Assembly: GCA_964478705.1 (NCBI GenBank)
Contig: CAYZIR010000002.1
Coordinates: 23,760-87,759 of the forward strand
Reading direction: 5' to 3'
Length of the DNA stretch: 64,000 bases
Source: an uncultured Candidatus Saccharibacteria bacterium
GTDB lineage: Bacteria > Patescibacteriota > Minisyncoccia > Phycocordibacterales > EsbW-18
This document shows, in pieces, positions 20,148-30,308 of this stretch (the stretch's first letter is position 1; every line of letters starts with the position of its first letter). Made by a program: the position numbers and the translations under genes. The notes under the pieces were generated by a model. It searched no databases. It saw only the letters and a program-made list of their open reading frames with translations, and was not told the DNA's origin.

Positions 20148-20280
20148 CTTTTTGCCCACTGTGGCGGAAAGGGGTCGGGGAAACTCTCGTTTTCTCGTGG
20201 AGGAATGCAGGGCGAAGCCCGTTGAGAACCGTGGGTTCTTAAAGAGCGAGATGCTAATCTCGCGACGCAGGGGTGCAAAA
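20148..20280 (+). repeat. structured intergenic element downstream of rpsI
   Basis: Outer stem ttttgccc...gggtgcaaaa with internal hairpins (gaaccgtgggttc, gcgagatgctaatctcgc). Confidence 0.5.
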
Positions 20281-20309
20281 CGTTAGTTTAAATGCAAAGA
20301 GCAATATCA

Positions 20310-20354
20310 AAAAACAAAATCCAATTTCTCACGCTAAGAAATTGGATTTTGTTT
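20310..20354. terminator. intrinsic terminator after the r-protein operon
   Basis: aaacaaaatccaatttct-cacgcta-agaaattggattttgttt. Confidence 0.75.
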
Positions 20355-20443
20355 CAGTAACTTTTGTTACACGGTACATGTTTCGTGATTATTTGACCTT
20401 TCTGTCAATTCATTTGTCGAGAGAAACATTGTAAAATACACCT

Positions 20444-21007
20444 ATGACGAAGAAGAAAGAAACCTCTCCTGAAGATATTGAGATCATAGAAGACGAAGAG
20501 ACCGTCGCTCGGAAACCTTTTGGTAAGAGCGACAGTAAACTTCGTGATGAGCTCGATCAGGCAAACAAAGAGAAAAAGGAGTACCTTGCCGGCTGGCAAC
20601 GTGCCCAGGCAGACCTCGCAAATTTCCGTAAAGACGCGTTTGAGGCCGAAAAGAAGGTCTTTCCGAGGGCTTTAACGACCATCCTGACCGACCTCTTGCC
20701 GGTCTTGGATAGCTTTGACCTCGCGTTTGGCAATAAAGAAGCATGGGAATCCGCTCCAAAGAATTGGCGTGATGGTGTCACCTATATCCATCAACAATTC
20801 TTAAGCGTTCTCTCGGGGTATGGCGTTTCGGTGATTGATCCCCTTGGCGAGCAGTTTAACCCCTCTGTCCACGAATCAATCGAAGCGATACCTGTTGCAG
20901 AGGCGGATAAAGACGGTAAAATCCTCTCCGTAATGCAAAAAGGGTATCGCATGGGCGAAACAATCATACGCCCGGCCCGTGTGAGAGTTGCAAAATTTGA
21001 GGAGTGA
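20444..21007 (+). CDS. grpE: nucleotide exchange factor GrpE
   Basis: RAQADLANFRK, FNPSVHE, QKGY..IRPARV. Confidence 0.95.
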   Translation: MTKKKETSPEDIEIIEDEETVARKPFGKSDSKLRDELDQANKEKKEYLAGWQRAQADLANFRKDAFEAEKKVFPRALTTILTDLLPVLDSFDLAFGNKEAWESAPKNWRDGVTYIHQQFLSVLSGYGVSVIDPLGEQFNPSVHESIEAIPVAEADKDGKILSVMQKGYRMGETIIRPARVRVAKFEE

Positions 21008-21094
21008 AACGACTACAAATTTCGACAACCCCGTGAGACCTCGTAAATTTTTAAACAATACAAACCAACTTACTAACTAATACACACAATAAAT

Positions 21095-22969
21095 ATGAGC
21101 AAAATCCTTGGAATCGATCTTGGAACAACAAACTCTGCTATGGCGGTGATGCAGGGAGGCGAGCCGACCATCATTGAGAACAGCGAGGGCGCACGAACGA
21201 CCCCGTCAATCGTTGCGGTCAGCAAGACAGGCGACCGTTTGGTTGGTTTGATCGCACGCCGTCAGGCCGTCACGAACCCAAAGAACACCATCTACGGCAT
21301 CAAGCGTTTGATGGGACACAAGTTTGATGAGGATGCGGTTCAGAAGGAGAAAACCGTCGTTCCCTACGAAATCATCCGCGCATCGGACGGTTCTGCTGCG
21401 GTGAAGATGAACGACAAGGAATACCGCCCAGAAGAGGTATCAGCGATGATCTTGGGAAAGCTTAAAGCAGATGCTGAAGCAAAACTTGGTGAGAAAATCA
21501 CCGAGGCGGTCATCACCGTGCCCGCATACTTCAATGACTCACAGCGAAAAGCGACCAAAGATGCTGGAGCGATTGCGGGGTTGGATGTGAAGCGTATCAT
21601 CAACGAACCAACAGCTGCAGCGCTTGCATACGGCTTCAACAAGAAAGCAAACGAGCAAATCGCGGTCTTCGACTTTGGTGGAGGAACATTCGACATTTCA
21701 GTGCTTGAGGTATCTGCAGCAGAAGGCGAGCAGAGTGTTGAAGTGAAGGCAACCGGTGGAGACAGCCACCTCGGAGGGCGTGACATCGACCAGAAGGTGA
21801 TTGAGTGGATCATCACTGAATACAAGAAGGAATCAGGTATCGACGTTTCAAAAGACCCACTCGCACTCCAGCGTTTGGACGAAGCAGCCGAAAAAGCAAA
21901 GATCGAACTCTCAACAGCAACAGAAACCGAAATCAATCTCCCATTCATCACGTCAGACTCGTCAGGTCCTCGTCACTTGGTGATGAAAATCTCTCGCGCA
22001 ACGCTCGAGAATATCGCACGCGAATTCATCGATCGTGCACTTACGATCACGAAGCAAGTTATTGCTGATTCACCATTTGAGATCAAAGATATTGATGAGG
22101 TGGTCTTGGTGGGAGGTCAGACCCGCATGCCAGCGATCCAGCAAGCGGTGAAAGAACTCTTCGGTAAAGAGCCAAACCGCTCAATCAACCCTGACGAAGT
22201 GGTAGCGCTTGGTGCTGCAATCCAGGCCGGCATCCTTCAAGGAGATGTCAAAGACGTGCTTTTGCTCGACGTGACCCCATTGTCGCTCGGTATTGAGACC
22301 TTGGGAGGTGTAGCAACAAAGCTTATCGAGAAGAACACCACCGTTCCTGCAAGCAAATCCCAGACCTTCTCGACTGCATCAGACAACCAGACCTCCGTTG
22401 AAATCCATGTGGTTCAAGGAGAACGCCCAATGGCGGCCGACAACAAAACACTCGGCCAATTTATCCTCGATGGTATTCCACCAGCACCTCGTGGTATGCC
22501 ACAAGTTGAGGTGACTTTTGACTTGGATGCAAACGGCATTCTTACCGTCAAAGCAAAGGATAAATCATCCGGCAAAGAGCAATCTATCCGTATCGAAGGC
22601 AGTGGAACCCTCTCTGAAACCGAAATCAACCGTATGAAAGCGGACGCAGAAGCGCATGCCGCAGAGGATGCAAAGAAGAAAGAGCTTGTGGACACTCGCA
22701 ACATGGCAGACCAGACAATCTTCACGGCAGAAAAAGCACTTAAAGACGCTGAAGGGAAGATCGGGGATGATGTGAAGACGTCAGTTACGGGAGCAATTGA
22801 GGAAGTACGCAAAGTGAAGGATGGAAGCGATATTGATGCGGTGAAGAAGGCGACGGAAGCATTGGTGACTGAGATGCAGAAGATTGGAGCTGCTATGCAG
22901 TCGCAGACCCCTCCGCAGGAAACTCCAAACGATGCAGCGGGAGGGGGTGAAGAAAAGAATGATCAATAA
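21095..22969 (+). CDS. dnaK: chaperone DnaK
   Basis: [25 protein letters not shown]. Confidence 0.98.
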   Translation: MSKILGIDLGTTNSAMAVMQGGEPTIIENSEGARTTPSIVAVSKTGDRLVGLIARRQAVTNPKNTIYGIKRLMGHKFDEDAVQKEKTVVPYEIIRASDGSAAVKMNDKEYRPEEVSAMILGKLKADAEAKLGEKITEAVITVPAYFNDSQRKATKDAGAIAGLDVKRIINEPTAAALAYGFNKKANEQIAVFDFGGGTFDISVLEVSAAEGEQSVEVKATGGDSHLGGRDIDQKVIEWIITEYKKESGIDVSKDPLALQRLDEAAEKAKIELSTATETEINLPFITSDSSGPRHLVMKISRATLENIAREFIDRALTITKQVIADSPFEIKDIDEVVLVGGQTRMPAIQQAVKELFGKEPNRSINPDEVVALGAAIQAGILQGDVKDVLLLDVTPLSLGIETLGGVATKLIEKNTTVPASKSQTFSTASDNQTSVEIHVVQGERPMAADNKTLGQFILDGIPPAPRGMPQVEVTFDLDANGILTVKAKDKSSGKEQSIRIEGSGTLSETEINRMKADAEAHAAEDAKKKELVDTRNMADQTIFTAEKALKDAEGKIGDDVKTSVTGAIEEVRKVKDGSDIDAVKKATEALVTEMQKIGAAMQSQTPPQETPNDAAGGGEEKNDQ

Positions 22970-22998
22970 TGCGCCTTACCAGATTAACTTGGATAAGT

Positions 22999-23136
22999 AT
23001 GCCCCATAAGAAAAGCCAGTCTCACATTCAAGTTCGAGGTCCAAAGGGAAAATTTGTAAAAGATACTCCAGCAAATCGAAAAAAGAAGAATAACACCGTG
23101 GAACGAGTCCCTAATCCGGGATATGGAGATACCTAA
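22999..23136 (+). CDS. 45-aa basic hypothetical protein (missing from ORF track)
   Basis: MPHKKSQSHIQVRGPKGKFVKDTPANRKKKNNTVERVPNPGYGDT; C-terminal VERVPxPGYGDT resembles, from memory, a small conserved family. Confidence 0.55.
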   Translation: MPHKKSQSHIQVRGPKGKFVKDTPANRKKKNNTVERVPNPGYGDT

Positions 23137-23201
23137 GAATAACCAACAATTCCGGCTTTATGCCGGAATTTGTGTTATACAAGTGTCATGAATTCTTAAT
23201 T

Positions 23202-24686
23202 ATGCCTACTAAACGTCACACAATTTCTCTCAGCAAGCATCTGGATTTGACTCGCAAAAAATTGGAAAAGATTGGTGTTTTTGACGCAACCCTCGGTGTT
23301 GATACGAGACTCTTTATAGATCCTAAGCTTCTCATCAGATCTAAAATTCCCGAATTTAAGACGTCACGTTATAAAATACTGAAACATTTTGCCAAGCTGA
23401 TTCGCATTCATAAGCTATCTACTAAATCTTCACAGCTTGGCGAGATTGCGCTTTCAATGCTTGCGGTTCCCGAACCTCAAGGACTTGCGATTGGGTACGG
23501 ACATACGACGGATCGAGGTGTGGCAATTTCTGAATCAATCGCAAGAAAGATACTGTTACAGCTCAGTGAAATGATGTCTGTTGGATTGCAGGATAAAGAG
23601 TTGGTCGAACTAATGGCGCTGTTTGTGAAAGGATTTGCCTCCGACAGCATCAGTGATCTGTCGGCACATATTATTTATGACGATCTGTGTAGATATACAG
23701 AGCGAATAGCTAAAAAATTAAAGGTAGAAACAACACTTTTTGATGTAGGGGATAAAAAATACCAGTTACCTAAGCACCCTTTTAAAAACTCACAGGTAAT
23801 TTTTGTTCCTCACACTCTACTCAGCCCACTTCCTGTAGCTACTTCATGGGAGGAAATAGAAGCTGCTGCTGCACACAATCGAAAACTGAGGAAAACTTTT
23901 AGTGAAATTGTTAAGCCTAGTGTATATGCTGCGATCAAAGATTTGGAACGTCTGAATCCTGAGGAACGTGAGGATTTCAAGAGCGCGATAGAGAAGCTTG
24001 TTGAAGTCTATCAGGGTATTCGGGTATCGACATATAGCCTGCGACAAGATCGAAAGGGGTATTACGGCATCCAACCGTTTGTAGACAAGGAAGAGTCCAA
24101 TTATATTCCGTCTAACCTACCGACAACTGCGGAGGAACTAATCACTTCGGTTCGAGAGATTATCACACAGTACCAAAAATCTATTGAACATAATGCTGGT
24201 AATCGACTGCTCTATCATCGAACAAAATCAGGTTCAATTTTGAAAAATAAACCCCATAACGAAGACGTCGCTCAAAATTTGTTCTTCCAACTCGCTGATC
24301 AATACTGCTCAATGGCCAATATTCTTTTGTCCAGAGAGCCTAATGCGGGTATAGGTGCTGTTGATTTTTCATTAGGAAAAGGTTACGACTCTAAAATCTT
24401 AGTCGAAATCAAAAAATCTACCAACACTGGACTAGAGAGCGGCTACAAAAAACAAATAACGGCTTACGAGAAAAGCGAGTCATCAAAGCACTCTTTTTTT
24501 GTTGTGATTATCGTAAAGGAAGGAAAAAAGAAGAAAAATGAGTACCCCCCACAACTCCAAACGGTTAAAAATCTATACGACTCAAATGTCAGCAAATCTA
24601 TCTCTACTCCAGAATTGTTTATCATTGATGGCCTGATCTATCCCTCTCCCAGTAAGCGTCGTGAGAAAAGCAATACCTTATCTTAA
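23202..24686 (+). CDS. hypothetical protein with C-terminal PD-(D/E)XK-like nuclease signature; candidate defence gene
   Basis: DTRLFIDP, DSISD; EPNAGIGAVDF...VEIKK...QITAY; AT-richer than core genes. Confidence 0.55.
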   Translation: MPTKRHTISLSKHLDLTRKKLEKIGVFDATLGVDTRLFIDPKLLIRSKIPEFKTSRYKILKHFAKLIRIHKLSTKSSQLGEIALSMLAVPEPQGLAIGYGHTTDRGVAISESIARKILLQLSEMMSVGLQDKELVELMALFVKGFASDSISDLSAHIIYDDLCRYTERIAKKLKVETTLFDVGDKKYQLPKHPFKNSQVIFVPHTLLSPLPVATSWEEIEAAAAHNRKLRKTFSEIVKPSVYAAIKDLERLNPEEREDFKSAIEKLVEVYQGIRVSTYSLRQDRKGYYGIQPFVDKEESNYIPSNLPTTAEELITSVREIITQYQKSIEHNAGNRLLYHRTKSGSILKNKPHNEDVAQNLFFQLADQYCSMANILLSREPNAGIGAVDFSLGKGYDSKILVEIKKSTNTGLESGYKKQITAYEKSESSKHSFFVVIIVKEGKKKKNEYPPQLQTVKNLYDSNVSKSISTPELFIIDGLIYPSPSKRREKSNTLS

Positions 24687-24752
24687 TTTTATGGCCCTGT
24701 AGTAGGGTTGGGTTCAAATATGACCCCAGAACTGCTATATTTAAGGCCTCCC

Positions 24753-25580
24753 ATGGCCACAAAAACGCAAACAAAGAAGGTGTTAGAGTCTGTTGGCCAG
24801 AAGCCGTATTTTCATGGTGATGATTTTGCCCTCTACCACGGCGATTCAATCGAACTCCTTTCAAAACTTCCTGAAAATTCAATCGACATGATTTTTGCCG
24901 ATCCTCCGTACAATCTCTCGAACGGAGGTTTTAGTGTTCATGCTGGACGCATGGTGAGTGTCAACAAGGGTGACTGGGACAGAAGTAAGGGTTTTCAAAA
25001 CGACTATGAATTTCATGTCCGCTGGCTCGAAGCCGTTCGTAAAGTACTAAAACCAGGAGGAACATTGTGGGTGAGTGGAACATATCACTCAATTTATCAA
25101 TGTGGCCATGCCATTCAATCGCTCGGATACCACATTTTGAATGATGTTTCGTGGTTTAAGCCAAACGCTTCGCCAAACTTAAGCTGCCGCTTCTTCACTG
25201 CAAGCCACGAAACATTAATTTGGGCACGCAAAGACAAGAAGGCAAAACACACCTTCAATTACGATAAAATGAAGAATGGTGATTGGGGTAGTGATTTCAT
25301 TAAAAAACCAGGGCTACAAATGCGCTCTGTCTGGTCTGTAGGAACACCAAAGCCGGACGAAAAGAAATTTGGTAAGCACCCGACACAAAAACCACTTGAA
25401 CTTTTGCGCCGTATTGTCCTGGCAAGTACCAAAAAAGGGGATATTGTTCTTGATCCATTCACCGGTAGTTCAACCACAGGTATCGCTGCTGCAAAAGAGG
25501 GTAGGAAGTTTATTGGTATTGATATGGAAAAGAACTACCTTGATCTTTCCGTTAAAAGGTTTAATTCTATTAAAATATGA
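24753..25580 (+). CDS. beta-class N6-adenine/N4-cytosine DNA methyltransferase (DpnA-like)
   Basis: FADPPY before HPTQKP and DPFTGSSTTG; alternative start at 24720. Confidence 0.9.
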   Translation: MATKTQTKKVLESVGQKPYFHGDDFALYHGDSIELLSKLPENSIDMIFADPPYNLSNGGFSVHAGRMVSVNKGDWDRSKGFQNDYEFHVRWLEAVRKVLKPGGTLWVSGTYHSIYQCGHAIQSLGYHILNDVSWFKPNASPNLSCRFFTASHETLIWARKDKKAKHTFNYDKMKNGDWGSDFIKKPGLQMRSVWSVGTPKPDEKKFGKHPTQKPLELLRRIVLASTKKGDIVLDPFTGSSTTGIAAAKEGRKFIGIDMEKNYLDLSVKRFNSIKI

Positions 25581-26098
25581 AAGAAGGTGGCTTTGGGGGA
25601 GGAAACACCATAACCGGATTAAACTTTGAAAAGGAGACGGATATCCTTTCTCTTTTGGCAACAAAAGCCGGATACGAAGTCAAAGACAACGTTATTTTCT
25701 ATGAAGGAAAGGAGGTTGCAAGAAACTATCGAAAAAATGGACTTTACAAGTTTCTCGAATCAAAAGGTGTCGACTATAAGAAAATTCTTTCCAAGAAACT
25801 CCTACCGGACGATGCACTTTATGTGATTTTAAACAACACTCTTTTTGTCATCGAAGTAAAGTTCCAAAAGGTTGCAGGTTCGGTTGACGAAAAGCTTCAA
25901 ACCTGCGATTACAAACGGAAACAGTACGCAAAATTGATGGCGCCTCTTAATATCGAGGTTGAGTATATTTATATTTTGAGCGACTGGTTTCGTGCAGAGT
26001 CTTATAAAGACACTTTAGATTACATAATCTCTGTTGGTTGTCAGTATTACTTCAAATATCTTCCTCTGCAAAAATTAGGATTGCCAGTACCGAACTAA
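25577..26098 (+). CDS. type II restriction endonuclease, PD-(D/E)XK
   Basis: LPDDA...IEVKFQKVAGSVDEKL; ATGA overlap with the MTase. Confidence 0.75.
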   Translation: MKEGGFGGGNTITGLNFEKETDILSLLATKAGYEVKDNVIFYEGKEVARNYRKNGLYKFLESKGVDYKKILSKKLLPDDALYVILNNTLFVIEVKFQKVAGSVDEKLQTCDYKRKQYAKLMAPLNIEVEYIYILSDWFRAESYKDTLDYIISVGCQYYFKYLPLQKLGLPVPN

Positions 26099-26106
26099 TC
26101 AAAAAA

Positions 26107-27789
26107 ATGCCTACAATAAATAATTCGACCAAGAAGACTCTTTCGAGTGTATTTGATAAGACTATTTTTAATATTCCTAGATACCAACGAGCTTACTCTT
26201 GGGAGGAAAGCAATTGGCGCGAATTGTGGGACGATATTAAAAATAATGTTCTAGAAAAAGACAAGGAGCATTTTCTTGGAGCAATAATTTATTATCATGG
26301 AGATTCCGGTGGCTCTCGATACACACATTATGAGGTCATTGACGGACAACAACGCATTACCACGCTCACAATCTTAATGCGTGTTCTATATGAAAAACTG
26401 AGAGAAAACAACGTTGAAGTCTATCAGAGATTTGCTGATGAACTCTATGAAAAATATATTGGTGATATAGAAAATGAAACTTTCTTCCTTAATTTAAGTA
26501 AAAAAGATCAAGTTTTCTTTAGAGAGTTTATCCAAAAGAGCGTTCCAATTAGAAAACAGGGGAAGTTAATTTCCAACAAAAGCATAAGAAAGTGTTATGA
26601 ATTTTTTGTAAAGAAAATCGATGACATTTCAAAAGAGAGCGGCATAAAAGAAATTGAAGAATTCTGTTGGGAATTAAAAAAGAAGCTCGAAACTAATTTG
26701 GTTTTTGTCGTCATTGATGTGAATACTGATGTAGATGCATATATGATTTTTGAAAGCATCAATTCCAAAAGACAAGGACTAACAACATCCGATCTTCTTA
26801 AAAACTATATATTTTCGGCTGCTGATCAATACGAAAAGATAAAGCCTGAATCAAAAAAATTATCAATTACAGAAGACGCATGGGACAGGATGGAACAAGA
26901 GCTAGACAGAATTGAAATAAACCAATATGTTCGACACTTTTGGATATCAAACTACGGAAAGGTTTTTGAGAAAGAACTTTATCAACAAATAAAACTCAAA
27001 TTCAATAATAATAACGAGGCGATATTAAACTTCTTTGAGAACGTCGTAACCGAGTCAGAGGCTTATTCGAGCATATTTAATGCAAACATTTCCAACTTTC
27101 CACAAGATGGTCTTCATGCGCTAGAACAACTACGTCAACTAAAAAATAGACAATACTACCCTTTAATACTATCTGCTTTGTCTGGGTGGCCTTCTCAGGA
27201 AGTTTCCGATCTCATAAAACAAATAGCTTCAGTGGCAGTTAGAAGAGCGCTTATTGGCAAAAACCCAAATGAACTAGAGAATTTCTTTGCTGAAAGCGCT
27301 TCAAAACTTAGAACCAAGAATGTTACCCCCCAAGATCTCATAACGATCCTTGCTACAGACTTCTGGATTGAAGACAGCGAGATCTTGGAAGAAATTAAAG
27401 ATACAGATTTCGAAGACCAGGAATACCTTGCAAAGTTCTTACTTAAGGAATTTGAAACAAGCAGTAATCCTGCCAATGAGAAAAGTCTTGGCAAGGTATC
27501 ACTTGAACATATTTTACCTAGAAATCCTGAGAGAGTTGAGGATTGGGATATGAAAGAAGATAGACAGACCGAGCTTGTTTGGAATATTGGCAATCTTGCC
27601 TTAATTGGTCAGACTTACAATAATAAGATGTCTAATAAATCTTTTTTAAAAAAGAAACCTTGGTTTAAGAAAACAGAAATTAAAACAACAGTTATTTTGG
27701 CAGAACACGAACAGTGGACAGAGAAGGAGATCTTAGAAAGAAACGCTCAGGTTGGAAAGTTTTTGATAAGATGGTGGGCAAAAAGTTAA
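26107..27789 (+). CDS. GmrSD-like DUF262 + DUF1524 (HNH) protein
   Basis: IPRYQRAYSW, IDGQQRITT, FESINS; LEHILP...IGNLAL..YN..MSNK. Confidence 0.88.
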   Translation: MPTINNSTKKTLSSVFDKTIFNIPRYQRAYSWEESNWRELWDDIKNNVLEKDKEHFLGAIIYYHGDSGGSRYTHYEVIDGQQRITTLTILMRVLYEKLRENNVEVYQRFADELYEKYIGDIENETFFLNLSKKDQVFFREFIQKSVPIRKQGKLISNKSIRKCYEFFVKKIDDISKESGIKEIEEFCWELKKKLETNLVFVVIDVNTDVDAYMIFESINSKRQGLTTSDLLKNYIFSAADQYEKIKPESKKLSITEDAWDRMEQELDRIEINQYVRHFWISNYGKVFEKELYQQIKLKFNNNNEAILNFFENVVTESEAYSSIFNANISNFPQDGLHALEQLRQLKNRQYYPLILSALSGWPSQEVSDLIKQIASVAVRRALIGKNPNELENFFAESASKLRTKNVTPQDLITILATDFWIEDSEILEEIKDTDFEDQEYLAKFLLKEFETSSNPANEKSLGKVSLEHILPRNPERVEDWDMKEDRQTELVWNIGNLALIGQTYNNKMSNKSFLKKKPWFKKTEIKTTVILAEHEQWTEKEILERNAQVGKFLIRWWAKS

Positions 27790-27830
27790 AATAGGACAGA
27801 CACCTTTTTGAAAAATGGTAGAATGGGTGA

Positions 27831-28472
27831 ATGTACATCACCAAAATCGGCCATTGTTGCCTCCGTATCAAGGTTAACGGAGTAACATTCCTCACCGACC
27901 CGGGAGCGTATTCAGAAGGACAGGGGAGTGTCACGGGTATTGATATCATCCTTATCACCCACGAACATGGGGATCACCTCCACATCGAGTCGCTGAAAGA
28001 GGTGTTGAAGAACAATCCGACCGCAGACGTGATTACAAATGCAGGCGTCGGAGCTAAGCTTGGTGAAGCGGGGATTCCGTACACGATTTTGCAGGGAAGA
28101 GACTCATCCGAATCTCGAGGAATCATGCTCGAAGCATTCGATGCGAAGCACGAAGAGATCTTTGAGGACTTCGGTCAGGTGCAAAACACCGGCTATTTCA
28201 TTGCAGAGAAATTCTTTTATCCCGGCGACGCATTCAAAGACCCTGAACGCCCCGTCGATATCCTCGCGCTCCCCGTTGCAGGACCATGGTGCAAAATTGC
28301 TGATGCGGTTCACTATGCCCTGAGAGTGAAGCCTCGTGTCGCATTCCCGGTCCATGATGCAGGTGTCATTGAAGAGCGCCTCGGCAGTGCTCATGGCGCT
28401 CCCGCGCATTTCCTCCCAAAGCACGGCATTGAATTTGTCACTCTCAAAGAAGGTGATTCACACGAATTTTAG
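27831..28472 (+). CDS. MBL-fold metallo-hydrolase
   Basis: GHCC..TDPG, THEHGDH, YPGD, PVHD. Confidence 0.88.
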   Translation: MYITKIGHCCLRIKVNGVTFLTDPGAYSEGQGSVTGIDIILITHEHGDHLHIESLKEVLKNNPTADVITNAGVGAKLGEAGIPYTILQGRDSSESRGIMLEAFDAKHEEIFEDFGQVQNTGYFIAEKFFYPGDAFKDPERPVDILALPVAGPWCKIADAVHYALRVKPRVAFPVHDAGVIEERLGSAHGAPAHFLPKHGIEFVTLKEGDSHEF

Positions 28473-28487
28473 ACAGAATTTCTATAC

Positions 28488-29135
28488 ATGATCAAAGCAG
28501 TTATATTTGATATGGACGGGGTGATTTCTGACACGCAGAAACTCCATGCAAAAGTGGAATCTCGCATCCTTGCAGAGTTCGGCATAGTGCTTTCCCCCGA
28601 AGAAATTACGATGAGATATGCGGGCGTGAGAACACGCGAGTTCTTGTCTGACCTTTTGAATAAACAAGGAGCGGCCTACGACATTGAAGCTTTGCTCAAA
28701 GAGAAATGGGCTGCAATGGAGAAAGCAGCACAAGAAGAGGTTGAAGAAATTCCAGGCTCTGTCGCACTCATCACCGACTTACGGGAGAGGGGTATACCAC
28801 TCGCTGTTGCTTCCGCATCAAATCTTGAATATGTTCGCACCGTTCTTCAAAAACTCGGAGTATTTGAAAACTTTCAAGCGGTTGTGACAGGAGACATGGT
28901 ACAGAAAGGGAAGCCCGATCCTGAAAGCTTTCTTCTCGCTGCCGAGAAGTTAGGTGTCGCTCCTGAAGATTGTCTCGTGATAGAGGACGGAATCAGCGGA
29001 ATGGAAGCAGCAAAAAGAGCATCTATGTGTTGTATTGGATTGGTTGAAAACCTCAACAAAGAATACCCAACAAAAAACCTTGTTACCTCCATGAAAGATA
29101 TTTCACTCTCTTATATCCAAAGTCTCTCTACATAA
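28488..29135 (+). CDS. HAD-family phosphatase (beta-PGM-like)
   Basis: FDMDGV, KPDPE, IEDG..G. Confidence 0.9.
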   Translation: MIKAVIFDMDGVISDTQKLHAKVESRILAEFGIVLSPEEITMRYAGVRTREFLSDLLNKQGAAYDIEALLKEKWAAMEKAAQEEVEEIPGSVALITDLRERGIPLAVASASNLEYVRTVLQKLGVFENFQAVVTGDMVQKGKPDPESFLLAAEKLGVAPEDCLVIEDGISGMEAAKRASMCCIGLVENLNKEYPTKNLVTSMKDISLSYIQSLST

Positions 29136-29142
29136 AGCGTTA

Positions 29143-29171
29143 TTGACAAAAACACTATTGTGGTGTATATT
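29143..29171 (+). promoter_or_regulatory. sigma70-type promoter of orphan cassette
   Basis: TTGACA-17 nt-TATATT. Confidence 0.75.
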
Positions 29172-29224
29172 GGCAGTACGAATGCAAGAGTGCATTCATG
29201 CTCTTTCCCAAACGGAGGTTCACA

Positions 29225-29509
29225 ATGACCACGAAGACCGAAGTGCCCGTCGCGATGATCACCCCCGCCACCGAAGGAAAGTGGAAGCTCGAAGGGTACG
29301 ACACCTTCGAAGGTGGTCCGGACGCGTACTATCCCATCGAGGGTGAGTACGATTCGCAGGCGGAGGCAGAAGCTGCCGCCAGCAAGCAACTTCAGAATCT
29401 TGAGAAGTCCCAGCCGAGCAGTTCCTCGGGTGGTCAGACCTTCCAAGGGATCCAAGATCGAATCTATACCGTGTCGCCGGACGGTACCCGTCGCCGTTTC
29501 ATCGGCTGA
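29225..29509 (+). CDS. hypothetical protein
   Basis: GGAGG SD before ATG, downstream of promoter. Confidence 0.7.
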   Translation: MTTKTEVPVAMITPATEGKWKLEGYDTFEGGPDAYYPIEGEYDSQAEAEAAASKQLQNLEKSQPSSSSGGQTFQGIQDRIYTVSPDGTRRRFIG

Positions 29510-29543
29510 TCTTCCAGATCACAGACAAACCAAGGAGGAAGCC

Positions 29544-29870
29544 ATGTACGACGGATTCTATTGCCTTGTGAAGCATCAGGTCGCGGTGACGCCTCAGCTT
29601 CTCCGAAAGCTTCTCGAAAAAGCGCAAGTGATGGCGAGAACTCGGGAGAGCAGAAGCCACTTTCTCACTGAGGATGCCACCGGCGTCGTGACGACAGTCT
29701 ATCAGCACAACGTGATGGGCTCGATCGCCGGCATCCGCTTCGACGCCGAAGTGGAGAGCGATCTTGGCAAGGGTCACGTCGCTTTCCTCGTCGAGGAGAA
29801 TCATCTCGACGAAACAGACATGAGCACCTTGCGCTTCTTCAGGGTTCCCCAGGGAGCCTGGGTTCGCTAG
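29544..29870 (+). CDS. hypothetical protein
   Basis: AAGGAGG SD before ATG; followed by terminator 29897-29937. Confidence 0.65.
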   Translation: MYDGFYCLVKHQVAVTPQLLRKLLEKAQVMARTRESRSHFLTEDATGVVTTVYQHNVMGSIAGIRFDAEVESDLGKGHVAFLVEENHLDETDMSTLRFFRVPQGAWVR

Positions 29871-29957
29871 ACTTATCCAACGGTTCATCACCGCACCACC
29901 CGCGGAGGCCACGCCTTCTTGGGTGGTCTTTTTGTTTAGTTCAATATGCAGAGGAGC

Positions 29958-30227
29958 TTATTCTAAGTTTCTGCAGAAACCGAGAACCCTTGCACCGGTG
30001 TCGGTGAGGAGATGTTCAAGGGCAAGTCCGTTTCTCCGTTTTGTAATCAAACCAGCCAACGCAAGCTTCCGTAGGTGCTCAGATATCGTTCTGAAATCAC
30101 CTCGGAGTGTGTCGGCGATGTCGAGTCCTGATAGTTTTGGCCGGCGTTCAAGCACGAGCAATATGTTGAGTCGATGAATATTTGCACACCCCTTAAAAAT
30201 TCGTTCCAATTCTTTTTGGTTTTTCAT
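29958..30227 (-). CDS. ArsR/SmtB-like winged-helix protein
   Basis: FKGCANIHRLNIL, ISEHLRKLALAGLI..RRNG. Confidence 0.8.
   Translation of the reverse strand: MKNQKELERIFKGCANIHRLNILLVLERRPKLSGLDIADTLRGDFRTISEHLRKLALAGLITKRRNGLALEHLLTDTGARVLGFCRNLE
29961..29986. repeat. 26-bp palindrome copy A
   Basis: ttct-aagt-ttct-gc-agaa-accg-agaa, overlapping the 3' end of the HTH gene. Confidence 0.8.
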
Positions 30228-30244
30228 ACTAGTATAAATCTGCC

Positions 30245-30270
30245 TTCTTAGTTTCTGCAGAAGCTAAGAA
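30245..30270. repeat. 26-bp palindrome copy B
   Basis: ttct-tagt-ttct-gc-agaa-gcta-agaa, just upstream of the HTH gene. Confidence 0.8.
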
Positions 30271-30308
30271 TACTCATTTGGGATAAAGGGGTGGTAAAAT
30301 GCGAGTCT

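Noticed and set aside
20360-21094. CIRCE operator or hrcA at grpE-dnaK
   Set aside because: No TTAGCACTC-N9-GAGTGCTAA and no hrcA ORF seen.
29313-29870. 185-aa ORF or frameshift fusion
   Set aside because: A strong SD before 29544 supports two separate genes.
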